The notes under the pieces: model-generated
What the model saw: only the letters and a program-made list of their open reading frames with translations
Databases searched by the model: none
Told to the model about the DNA's origin: nothing
Made by a program: the position numbers and the translations under genes
Assembly: GCA_964542505.1 (NCBI GenBank)
Contig: CAZIVY010000249.1
Coordinates: forward strand, 1-38,856
From: an uncultured Rhodospirillaceae bacterium
Lineage (GTDB): Bacteria; Pseudomonadota; Alphaproteobacteria; Ferrovibrionales; Ferrovibrionaceae
Direction: 5' to 3'
DNA length: 38,856 nucleotides
Part shown: one piece after another, positions 28,646-36,071 of the stretch
How positions within the stretch are numbered: the stretch's first letter is position 1
How the letters are laid out: the number at the start of each line of letters is the position of its first letter

Positions 28646-29308
28646 ATGCCGGCGTCGGCGTTGCTGACCGATTTGACCCGAGCGGGTTTTACCATCCAGG
28701 CCGACGGCGGGCGGCTGGTAGTCGGCCCCGCAAGCAAACTGACGGACGAAACGCGCCAGGTCATCCGGCTGCACAAGGCCGAATTGCTGGCAGAGATAAC
28801 CGCCAGGGTGTCGTCACCGAAGCTGCTCACCGGGGCCGAAGATGCTCATCGAAATGGTGTGAGCGCCTTCGAGAAAAGCGAGCATCTTCGGGCGGAGCGC
28901 GACCGGTACGAGGAACGCACCGCCACCACCGAGTTGCGGGAGCCGCCGCACGCCAGCCCGCTGGCGCAATGGCGCGCCGGCATTGCCCGCCTGTCCCCCG
29001 CGTCGCCGCCTGTCGGCTTCACGCCCCGGCGGTGGGCCGAGGTGCTGGCCGACGCCAATCGCTTCCTGGCGCGATGGGGCGGGCAGGCCGAGGCTTTGGG
29101 CTGGGAGACGTTGGACTTGTTCGCCGTCGACCCGCGCGCCCCGGACGCCCGTTACGACAGCATGGGGCTGGTGGTGGTGTTGGACGGCAGCGAGGTGATC
29201 GCTATCGCGCCTGACCAGGCGAAGGTGCGTACCAGCACGGGCAAGGTGCAGACCTTCTACCTCAGCCCGCGCGTGGAGGCGGTGGCGGTCTGGGAGTTGG
29301 GACTGTGA
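28646..29308 (+). CDS. hypothetical protein with a TubC_N-like N-terminal module
   Basis: The N-terminus LLTDLTRAGFTIQADGGRLVVGPASKLTDETRQVIRLHKAELLAEI resembles the small docking-type domain common in island/plasmid replication modules. It starts 1 nt after the ATPase stop. Confidence 0.45.
   Translation: MPASALLTDLTRAGFTIQADGGRLVVGPASKLTDETRQVIRLHKAELLAEITARVSSPKLLTGAEDAHRNGVSAFEKSEHLRAERDRYEERTATTELREPPHASPLAQWRAGIARLSPASPPVGFTPRRWAEVLADANRFLARWGGQAEALGWETLDLFAVDPRAPDARYDSMGLVVVLDGSEVIAIAPDQAKVRTSTGKVQTFYLSPRVEAVAVWELGL
28817..28891. repeat. iteron-like cluster 2: four copies of the same 15-bp motif (two direct, two inverted)
   Basis: 28817-28831 ccgaagctgctcacc; 28836-28850 ccgaagatgctcatc; 28856-28871 ggtgtgagcgccttcg (inverted); 28878-28891 gcgagcatcttcgg (inverted). 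Confidence 0.6.
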
Positions 29309-29383
29309 CGCCCGAGGAATTGTGGGAGGCGAGGCCCCCTCCACCGTCTGGCGGCCGTTCCTCTTCAAAGCGGTACCAACTGG

Positions 29384-31438
29384 CTAGTGTTCCTCTCCGA
29401 ATAGGCAAGTGCCCATGATCCGCGGGCCATCTGGGCTGCTTGCGGCAAAGAGCAGGAGAGGAACCTTTGGGTGCCAGGCGGGGTCCCATTCGTCGTCAAG
29501 TGAGGTCGTTATTTGGACTATGCTGGACGGCTGTTCTGTTCGGGTGACATAGACGTCCCAGTTGCCCTTCGCCTTCGACGCAAACGCAATCCAATTGCCA
29601 TCGGGAGACACAGCGGGGTCCCATTCGTCGGCAGGCGAGCCATAGAATAAATCTGGCAATTCCGAGCCGTGAGCAAGCCTGAAAATATCAAAGTTTCCGT
29701 TCTTGTTTGAGATGAAATAGACAGACTTGTCTGGCGCAATGGCGGGGCGCCACTCCTCCCATGGCGTGTCAGTCATCTTTGCGAGACGTTGGGTTGTCGA
29801 ATGCAGGCGATATAGATCAGGCGGCTGCCGCGAGGAGGTATTTGCGCCCGCAAATACAATCTCTTCTCCGGATACCGCAGGGATAGAGCCGCTTATGCCC
29901 TTGTCACCGAATAGCATCTCGCGGGTCGCGAACGATGGCCACTGCCGAGCCATCAGGCGCTCAATGCTTCTGGGATTTTGCTTGTCGAATCCCTGACCAA
30001 AGACAATTTCGAAAGTGTCGCTTGAGGATGAAAGGAACGCTGGGTGACGCTCGCTCGCTGTCACAACTTCTGGTGACAAGTCTATCACTTCGCGCCTCAC
30101 CGAATCGTATGCCCTTATTCGATCGCGACCACCCTTCCAAGTCTGGAAGAGCAACCATCTGCCATTGTCCGGCGAAAGACTCGGATACCGGCCTGATTCG
30201 GCAAGGAGCTGCCTAACAGGCGCCGATGCGACTTCCGTGGCTGCCAGTTTGCAACGCGAAGCCATATCAGGAGGGCTCAAGATGCCGGTTTCTATCGCCT
30301 TGGTCTGGAGCGTCGCTCCCAGCAGTGGCGCAAGATGCTCTGCAACAATATGGCCAATGGCCGTTGAGCCGCGATTGTTGAAATGAATATTGTCTTTTAA
30401 GAATGCCCACGATTTCGGCGCAGGCAGAGCCGCGTCGAGGTCGATCAGCACCGATTTTGTTTCAGCGGCAACACGCCTGATGGACTCATTGAATACGGCT
30501 TGCGGCTCGGATGCGACTCCAAGGGGTTGGGTCATGAGTGCTGGTTGCATGTCGTAGGCGCGGGCGATGCTCACAAATATCCGCAGGTTCCGCTCGAAGA
30601 GCAAGCGATGCTCGTCAAAGTTCGGGTCTGGAAAGTTAATATTTGACTCCCCTACAGAAACTCCAACTGTTTCGCCAGTCCATGCGTTGAATCTCGCGAC
30701 TGCATTACGCGCGAGAAATAAGATGTTACTTCGATAGGACACGTAATCCCACGAGGAATGCATCAGGCCGCGAGCTGACGCGAATACTGCAGCGCTAGAC
30801 ACGGGGGGGTCGGTTCCAAGACGTCCGGTATAGTTGCCCTGAATGGCAAGGCGCAGGCGGTCATTGATGTTTTCCATCAGCACAGCGACGGACGCATCAA
30901 GTAATCCCGGCCGGTTGAGCAACGCGTTGATGTTGTCCTGCGTAGTGTGGCCGCGAACCCCGGCATTGAGGGTCCGGACGCGGACGCCTGCGGAATTGAG
31001 GGCAGACCCTACAACTGCCGGAAACCGGAACGCCTCATCGACCTCATTTGACTCCGTTGTAGATCCGCCAAGGAAGAGAATCTTTGTCGCTGCATCGGAA
31101 TCATTGTTGGATTTGATGTATCCCAGATCATCAGTTCGAAACATCCTTGGCGCATGCCGCGAGAGCGTGCCAGCCGCATCACGGTCTCCGGGCAGAAACT
31201 CGTGTCGGATCGACGGGGCAAGGTTCAATGTCGTTGTGCGGAAGTATGCCGCTTCTTCTCGGAATTTGCGCGATTCCTCGCGGATAATTCCGGTTTCCCC
31301 AATCCGGCCAGCAGCGAAATCGAGTGTTACGAACGCCGTCGCGAGAATAGCCAGGATTGCCAAGGAGCCTAGAATTCTAATTCTATTAGATGCCACACTT
31401 GCACGCCTAGCCCACTCGTTTCTCATGTTGCGCGCCAA
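29384..31438 (-). CDS. membrane-anchored SGNH/GDSL-type hydrolase fused to a TolB-like (PD40/WD40-like) beta-propeller; fifth gene of the hxs operon
   Basis: 684-aa ORF with one N-terminal TM (ILGSLAILAILATAFVTL). SGNH blocks: ILFLGGSTTE (block I Ser), ENIND (block III), DNIHFN (block V D-x-x-H). The C-terminal repeats SLSPDNGRWLLF, PAIAPDKSVYFISNKNGNFDIFRL, PAVSPDGNWIAFASKAKGNWDVYV and DEWDPAWHP are typical of TolB-type propellers. It starts 8 nt after the hxsC stop. Confidence 0.7.
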   Translation of the reverse strand: MARNMRNEWARRASVASNRIRILGSLAILAILATAFVTLDFAAGRIGETGIIREESRKFREEAAYFRTTTLNLAPSIRHEFLPGDRDAAGTLSRHAPRMFRTDDLGYIKSNNDSDAATKILFLGGSTTESNEVDEAFRFPAVVGSALNSAGVRVRTLNAGVRGHTTQDNINALLNRPGLLDASVAVLMENINDRLRLAIQGNYTGRLGTDPPVSSAAVFASARGLMHSSWDYVSYRSNILFLARNAVARFNAWTGETVGVSVGESNINFPDPNFDEHRLLFERNLRIFVSIARAYDMQPALMTQPLGVASEPQAVFNESIRRVAAETKSVLIDLDAALPAPKSWAFLKDNIHFNNRGSTAIGHIVAEHLAPLLGATLQTKAIETGILSPPDMASRCKLAATEVASAPVRQLLAESGRYPSLSPDNGRWLLFQTWKGGRDRIRAYDSVRREVIDLSPEVVTASERHPAFLSSSSDTFEIVFGQGFDKQNPRSIERLMARQWPSFATREMLFGDKGISGSIPAVSGEEIVFAGANTSSRQPPDLYRLHSTTQRLAKMTDTPWEEWRPAIAPDKSVYFISNKNGNFDIFRLAHGSELPDLFYGSPADEWDPAVSPDGNWIAFASKAKGNWDVYVTRTEQPSSIVQITTSLDDEWDPAWHPKVPLLLFAASSPDGPRIMGTCLFGEEH

Positions 31439-31446
31439 TTGGCAGA

Positions 31447-32667
31447 TCAGTTCGCGGCAGCGCTTACGAAAGGCCGAATATGCGAACTATAACGCACCTT
31501 TGCAGACGAGAAAAACCCGCCGCAGTTTTCCCTCTCAGCGCAACCGGCGCACTCAGGCATGTGTTCGTTTTTCCAATCGCTTATCGAGCGCCGCGCAAAG
31601 GTCCACAAACGGCGATCGAGCACACAAAGTTGATGATTGTAAATTGACACATGGAGATGATGATCGGCCAGCGTTGTAGCAGCCCTGTATAGTTCGCGCT
31701 GATAGTCGAAGGGATCAATCCAGAGGTCTGGGAGATTTGCTTTTGTGAATCCCATCATCTCCAAACCCATAAGCGCCACGTGATCCACGAAAATCAGATT
31801 GCGTGCGATGAAATCAGCCAGTTGCGGAAGCCGTTCATAGGTCTGCTTGTGAACGACTACGCGTATTTCGACCTTCTGTCGATGGCGCTTTAGATTGAGG
31901 ATGCCTCGAATAGTCTCGTCATACGCTCCATCCGCCTGGACAACGTAGTCGTGGACGGTCGAAAGATCGGAATAGAGCGGGATTCCCATCATCAAGTCCG
32001 GGTGCTCGACGCTCGCGACCTTTTTGGCCAAGCTCGCATCTGAGAAATTGCGGCCATTGGAAAGTACGTGAACCGCCGTATTAGGCAGGTAGTTCTTTGC
32101 GAGCCGCAGGAGATCAATAAAACGGTCGCCGAGCAATGTCGGTTCGCCGCCTGTGAATCCAATCTCGCGGGTCGCGGGATCAATAAGCGGAATTGCTTCC
32201 GAAATTTCGTCAACAATCCACGAATCCTGTACATCTCGCGGCGGCTGCGAACACATAAGGCAATACGAATTACAGCGCTCCGTCACAAGAAAACTGTTGT
32301 GTGGCGAGTTGCGACGATAGAGGACACGAATTGTTCCGTCCCTCTGATCGAATCCTAAAACGTCACCGTCGCCAAGGTACTGGTAATCATCAGGCAATAC
32401 GACTGCCGAAGCTCCTTCTGGCGGTGTACCTACAAAGCCCGAGTTACGAAGATAGACATAGAGAGAGAATCCATCCGGTGCGACACCACTGTTGACCAAG
32501 AACGCTTCTCGCGCTTTGAGCGGAGCCGGCCGGAGCGGGTTTGTTGTCAGTCGGACAACGAATCGGCCACGGTCCGTTGGCACATTGAGGAATTCAAGCC
32601 CGCCGCTGCGCAGTTTCAGCATGCTACCGCCTAACCCAGCCAAGGAAGACGCGGCGCACTTCTTCAT
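31447..32667 (-). CDS. hxsC: His-Xaa-Ser system radical SAM maturase (HxsC-type)
   Basis: 406-aa ORF with the radical SAM motif ERCNSYCLMC (CX3CX2C) and a C-terminal Cys cluster PECAGCAERENCGG. It lies in an operon with the HxS-repeat precursor. The start is uncertain: 32667 overlaps hxsB by 44 nt, while the alternative ATG at 32622 lies 1 nt after the hxsB stop. Confidence 0.78.
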   Translation of the reverse strand: MKKCAASSLAGLGGSMLKLRSGGLEFLNVPTDRGRFVVRLTTNPLRPAPLKAREAFLVNSGVAPDGFSLYVYLRNSGFVGTPPEGASAVVLPDDYQYLGDGDVLGFDQRDGTIRVLYRRNSPHNSFLVTERCNSYCLMCSQPPRDVQDSWIVDEISEAIPLIDPATREIGFTGGEPTLLGDRFIDLLRLAKNYLPNTAVHVLSNGRNFSDASLAKKVASVEHPDLMMGIPLYSDLSTVHDYVVQADGAYDETIRGILNLKRHRQKVEIRVVVHKQTYERLPQLADFIARNLIFVDHVALMGLEMMGFTKANLPDLWIDPFDYQRELYRAATTLADHHLHVSIYNHQLCVLDRRLWTFARRSISDWKNEHMPECAGCAERENCGGFFSSAKVRYSSHIRPFVSAAAN

Positions 32668-34117
32668 CCTGCCGCATCAGCGTGATTAGGTGCCGGAAGA
32701 TTGCCATGTTCCGATTGCAAAAGTCCGACAGCGGCTTACGGCCAACGAAGTCGCCCCAAGTGGCGTGGTGGAACACAGGATCGGCACCACAATATGGTTC
32801 GAACGCGCACTCGGAGCACATTGGCGCCGACCCCGCGAAAGACGCTTCTAGCGGATCGAGCAGTGCATCAGACAGGAAGATGGATTCGTAGCTGTCCGAG
32901 TGGACATTGCCAAGGCGAAACGTCTTATCGCCCATTTCTGCCAACATTCGGCCTTCGTCTGCTGCATACACGTCGCCATCGTAGTTGTAAACAACTGCAG
33001 CGATGCCGATCCCGGACGGACTCGTTAAATCGACGTAGCCCGCATCGAAGGGCGTCAGCATCTTAGTTAGGATCGTGGCGGCATAGTGCTCCGGGAAGAA
33101 GTACCCGCCGCGATTCAATTCGATTATGTAATTGAGTCCCTCCTTGTAGAAGCGCAGCCACTTTTCCGCGTCATACGCCGCATGCATCTTCGTCTTGATG
33201 GCGAAGCCATACGGCGAGAGTGGCCGCAAAAAGATGCCTTCTAGCCCCTGTGCCACGTACTCATCGATTATTTCGCGGACACGATCCAAACTACGCGCCG
33301 TCGTAGTCATGAGTGCACCTACTCGATCACGCCCAAGCATGGCGCGCGCTCGGTTGATGCCGGCAATCGTTCGGTCGTAACTATCGCCGCCGGGCCGTGG
33401 GCGGTTCTTGTTGTGCAAATCGCGCGGACCATCCAGCGATGTCGATATAAGGATGTTGTGCTCACGGCAAAACGAAAGAATTTCATTCGTGATAAGCGCG
33501 AGGTTCGATGTGATGACAAATTCCAGGGCGCGTTTCGCCGTCTCGTTTACGCGCTTCGCCTCTATGACGACGTGTCGGATCAAGTCGAAATTTAGTAATG
33601 GCTCGCCGCCTTGGAATTCGATCTTGAGGTGTGGCGATGGTGAACGAAACACGAGCTCCAATGCCTTGTCCGCAGTCTCGAGTGTCATATCGAAAGCGAC
33701 CTTATCGCTGCTTCGTCGCGATACTTGGCAGTAGCCGCACGAATGTTCGCATCGCAATGAAACAACGAACATGTGCAAGCCAGTGAAGTCCGCTAACCGC
33801 TTTAGCTTCGTCCTGACTTTCAGCGCCAAGAGATCGGCCGCAATGTCTGAGTCGCCATCTGTGAGAAAGTGCTTCGCCTTCAAGTCGCCGAACCATGCAG
33901 AGGACGTCGGCAACTGATGGCGAACGAATGAGGCAAGGGTGGTTCTATCTAGGACGACAAACTCACCGGCCTGATTGGTGGCGACGTAATCGTTTTCATC
34001 GAGTCGTGTGAACCGGAAGGGCAGAAGCTTGTAGCCGTCAGCTAGCGGAGCTTCGAAATGGTCCAGCGAGAGAAATCTACCGGTCATCTCCCTGGAGACC
34101 TGTCCTAGAGAAGGCAT
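32624..34117 (-). CDS. hxsB: His-Xaa-Ser system radical SAM/SPASM maturase (HxsB-type)
   Basis: 497-aa ORF with the radical SAM motif LRCEHSCGYC (CX3CX2C) and a C-terminal SPASM-like cluster APMCSECAFEPYCGADP...FCNRN. The B-versus-C naming rests on size and SPASM content recalled from the TIGRFAM definitions. Alternative start at 34087. Confidence 0.78.
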   Translation of the reverse strand: MPSLGQVSREMTGRFLSLDHFEAPLADGYKLLPFRFTRLDENDYVATNQAGEFVVLDRTTLASFVRHQLPTSSAWFGDLKAKHFLTDGDSDIAADLLALKVRTKLKRLADFTGLHMFVVSLRCEHSCGYCQVSRRSSDKVAFDMTLETADKALELVFRSPSPHLKIEFQGGEPLLNFDLIRHVVIEAKRVNETAKRALEFVITSNLALITNEILSFCREHNILISTSLDGPRDLHNKNRPRPGGDSYDRTIAGINRARAMLGRDRVGALMTTTARSLDRVREIIDEYVAQGLEGIFLRPLSPYGFAIKTKMHAAYDAEKWLRFYKEGLNYIIELNRGGYFFPEHYAATILTKMLTPFDAGYVDLTSPSGIGIAAVVYNYDGDVYAADEGRMLAEMGDKTFRLGNVHSDSYESIFLSDALLDPLEASFAGSAPMCSECAFEPYCGADPVFHHATWGDFVGRKPLSDFCNRNMAIFRHLITLMRQDEEVRRVFLGWVRR

Positions 34118-34415
34118 AGGCTAAGATGGCGTTACGCGCAGCCTCGGTTTCTCGCGCAACAGTGCGCCGCAAGTCCTGGTCTAGTACTTCATTGCGAAAC
34201 TCGTTGACAACGCGCTCAACCGTTTCCGCATCCTTGCCCGGAAGAACTGTGACGGTACAAGAAATTTCGGCGTCCGATATGGAGAAGTCGAACGCCGCAA
34301 GATTGGTCAACCGATAGGCAGCTTTTTTTACCGTTTCGAGGTCGTAGACCTTTGTCGAAAACGAAACTATTGCAGAAGCTCCTGCGACGGCCCGCCCATC
34401 GGCCACGTTCGTCAC
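34077..34415 (-). CDS. hxsD: His-Xaa-Ser system protein HxsD-type (small accessory protein)
   Basis: 112-aa ORF between the precursor and the maturases. The GTG start overlaps the hxsA stop (GTGA). The C-terminal NEVLDQDLRRTVARETEAARNAILAYAFS resembles what I recall of HxsD. Confidence 0.65.
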   Translation of the reverse strand: MTNVADGRAVAGASAIVSFSTKVYDLETVKKAAYRLTNLAAFDFSISDAEISCTVTVLPGKDAETVERVVNEFRNEVLDQDLRRTVARETEAARNAILAYAFSRTGLQGDDR

Positions 34416-34690
34416 TGACTGGACGAATAGTGCGAATAGTGGCTTGAGTGCGACTGATGCGACTGATGCGACATATGCGAACGGTGGTACGTGGTTTGGA
34501 TCGGCGACCCGTCGCTCCGTTCCAAGACGAATTCATCAACCAATTGTCCGTTCCCAGTTAAGGCCGACTCCGCTTGTACCGCCTGTGTCGTCTCGGGAAT
34601 CACTGATGCGCTGGACGTTCCCAACGCAAGCGACAAGAGCGCTGCCACCGAAACCGCCAATGGTGAAAGAAATGGACGCTTCTTACCCAC
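34412..34690 (-). CDS. hxsA: His-Xaa-Ser repeat precursor protein (HxsA-type) with an N-terminal signal peptide
   Basis: 92 aa. MGKKRPFLSPLAVSVAALLSLALGTSSASV is a Sec-type signal. The C-terminus is Y-HRS-HMS-HQS-HQS-HSS-HYS-HYS-SSQ. GTG start at 34690 with AGGAGG 6 nt upstream. Confidence 0.85.
   Translation of the reverse strand: MGKKRPFLSPLAVSVAALLSLALGTSSASVIPETTQAVQAESALTGNGQLVDEFVLERSDGSPIQTTYHRSHMSHQSHQSHSSHYSHYSSSQ
34424..34486 (-). repeat. seven tandem 9-nt (His-Xaa-Ser) coding repeats
   Basis: Codon-by-codon reading of the minus strand gives CAC/CAT-NNN-TCG/AGC x7. On the plus strand this appears as cga-nnn-gtg/atg periodicity (e.g. gactgatgc gactgatgc gacatatgc). Confidence 0.85.
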
Positions 34691-34735
34691 GTCGTTCCTC
34701 CTTTTTCACTTGCTTCCTGAGCACGGTTTTCAAGT

Positions 34736-35470
34736 ATGTACTATATTGATGAGTCAAACAAGCAAGAGGCTCAATTGCACCGACTACATAGGCCGCAAGT
34801 CCTAGTAGGCCCGTTCTTGATACTCGCATTGGCGAGCTTCTTGACGCTCCCTGCAACGAATGTTCTTGCTCACGGTGGTGGCCTTGACGGCCTAGGTTGC
34901 CACCACGACCGGAAGGTCGGCGGCTACCATTGCCACCGAGGCGCGTTGGCCGGCCAGTCCTTCGCCTCCAAAGTCGAAGCCGAGCGGGCACTCCGAGGCG
35001 CACGAGAAGCGCCGCCGCAAGCGATGCCAGCCCCAACTCGACCGGCGCCGGCAACAGCCGAGATCGCGGGCCAGGCCTCCGTGATTGATGGCGATACCAT
35101 TGAAATCCACGGCCGGCGCATCCGCCTGCACGGAATCGACGCCCCCGAGAGCGGGCAGGACTGCAAGGCTGGCGGCCAGACCTATCGGTGCGGCCAGAAG
35201 GCTGCCGTGGCGTTGGCGGACAAGATTGGGCGCCAGACCGTCAGTTGCGACCAGCGCGACACCGACAGGTATGGCCGGGCCGTAGCAGTGTGCAGGATCG
35301 GGGCGGAAGACCTAAGCGCATGGCTGGCGCTCGAAGGCTGGGCGCTCGCCTACCGGGAATACTCAAGAGATTACATTTGGGCCGAGGATGCGGCGAAGAA
35401 AGCCGGGAAGGGGGTATGGGCCGGCGAGTTCGAGGCGCCGTGGGACTGGCGAAAGAAGAAACAGCGATGA
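34736..35470 (+). CDS. secreted thermonuclease (SNase-like) with an N-terminal His/Cys-rich YHYH-like motif
   Basis: ASVIDGDTIEIHGRRIRLHGIDAPE...DRYGRAVAVC...EGWALAYREY are staphylococcal-nuclease-family motifs. Upstream lie HGGGLDGLGCHHDRKVGGYHCH and a hydrophobic signal (VLVGPFLILALASFLTLPATNVLA). The likely true start is TTG 34775, with AAGAGG 5 nt upstream. Confidence 0.78.
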   Translation: MYYIDESNKQEAQLHRLHRPQVLVGPFLILALASFLTLPATNVLAHGGGLDGLGCHHDRKVGGYHCHRGALAGQSFASKVEAERALRGAREAPPQAMPAPTRPAPATAEIAGQASVIDGDTIEIHGRRIRLHGIDAPESGQDCKAGGQTYRCGQKAAVALADKIGRQTVSCDQRDTDRYGRAVAVCRIGAEDLSAWLALEGWALAYREYSRDYIWAEDAAKKAGKGVWAGEFEAPWDWRKKKQR

Positions 35471-35667
35471 TCCGCGAGAAGGACATCTATCGCTCGGCCA
35501 AGCTGATGATAGACCGGCGCGGCGACGACGCGCCCCTGTTCGCCGCGATGCGCGCCGACGAGCTACTGGCGAAAGGTGATATCGAGGGCCAATCCGCATG
35601 GAAGCGCATCCTGCGCGCCATAGACGAGTTGCAGCGTGGCAGGAAGCTACATGAAGGCGTGCAGTAG
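35467..35667 (+). CDS. small conserved hypothetical protein (66 aa)
   Basis: The ATG overlaps the nuclease stop (ATGA). MIREKDIYRSAKLMIDRRGDDAPLFAAMRADELLAKGDIEGQSAWKRILRAIDEL resembles a small helical protein family common in alphaproteobacteria. Confidence 0.5.
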   Translation: MIREKDIYRSAKLMIDRRGDDAPLFAAMRADELLAKGDIEGQSAWKRILRAIDELQRGRKLHEGVQ

Positions 35668-35683
35668 GGCGCAAAGGCGAGGT

Positions 35684-35992
35684 TTACGCCGGCCGGTGCT
35701 CGATCAGGGAAGCTGCGCCGCCGTTCCCCCTGGTTTCGACCAGCGCCGACCCGTGGCAGGCGGCGCCAAAAGCCAGGTGAAGGACCGCCGTCTCCTGCCG
35801 CGCCACGATTTCTGTCGGTATCAGTCGTGCCGCGATCCGGTAGAACTCAGTCGGGTTTTCCCGCGCCCAGGCGGCGAACGCGGCGTGGCCACCGACAGCC
35901 TCAAAGGCGAGGAGAACCGCGTGCCGGAAACTGCGGGTGAACTTGTTCGGCGTGCCCCTCTGTCTGCCGCCGGTCTTGATTCCTCGTGCCAT
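35684..35992 (-). CDS. phage-like hypothetical protein (basic N-terminus)
   Basis: The N-terminus MARGIKTGGRQRGTPNKFT is typical of small phage proteins often found near terminase genes. Confidence 0.4.
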   Translation of the reverse strand: MARGIKTGGRQRGTPNKFTRSFRHAVLLAFEAVGGHAAFAAWARENPTEFYRIAARLIPTEIVARQETAVLHLAFGAACHGSALVETRGNGGAASLIEHRPA

Positions 35993-36071
35993 CGAAATGC
36001 CCGCGCGCCGTCTCTTTGAGTCTATTATAGAGCGTCACGTTAGCGATTGCTAACCTTGGGCGTCCAGCAGG

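Noticed and set aside
34424-34486. Short tandem repeats that might have been a CRISPR-like or microsatellite array.
   Set aside because: The period is 9 nt, lies in frame inside a strong ORF and encodes His-Xaa-Ser. There is no repeat-spacer architecture, so it is a coding repeat.
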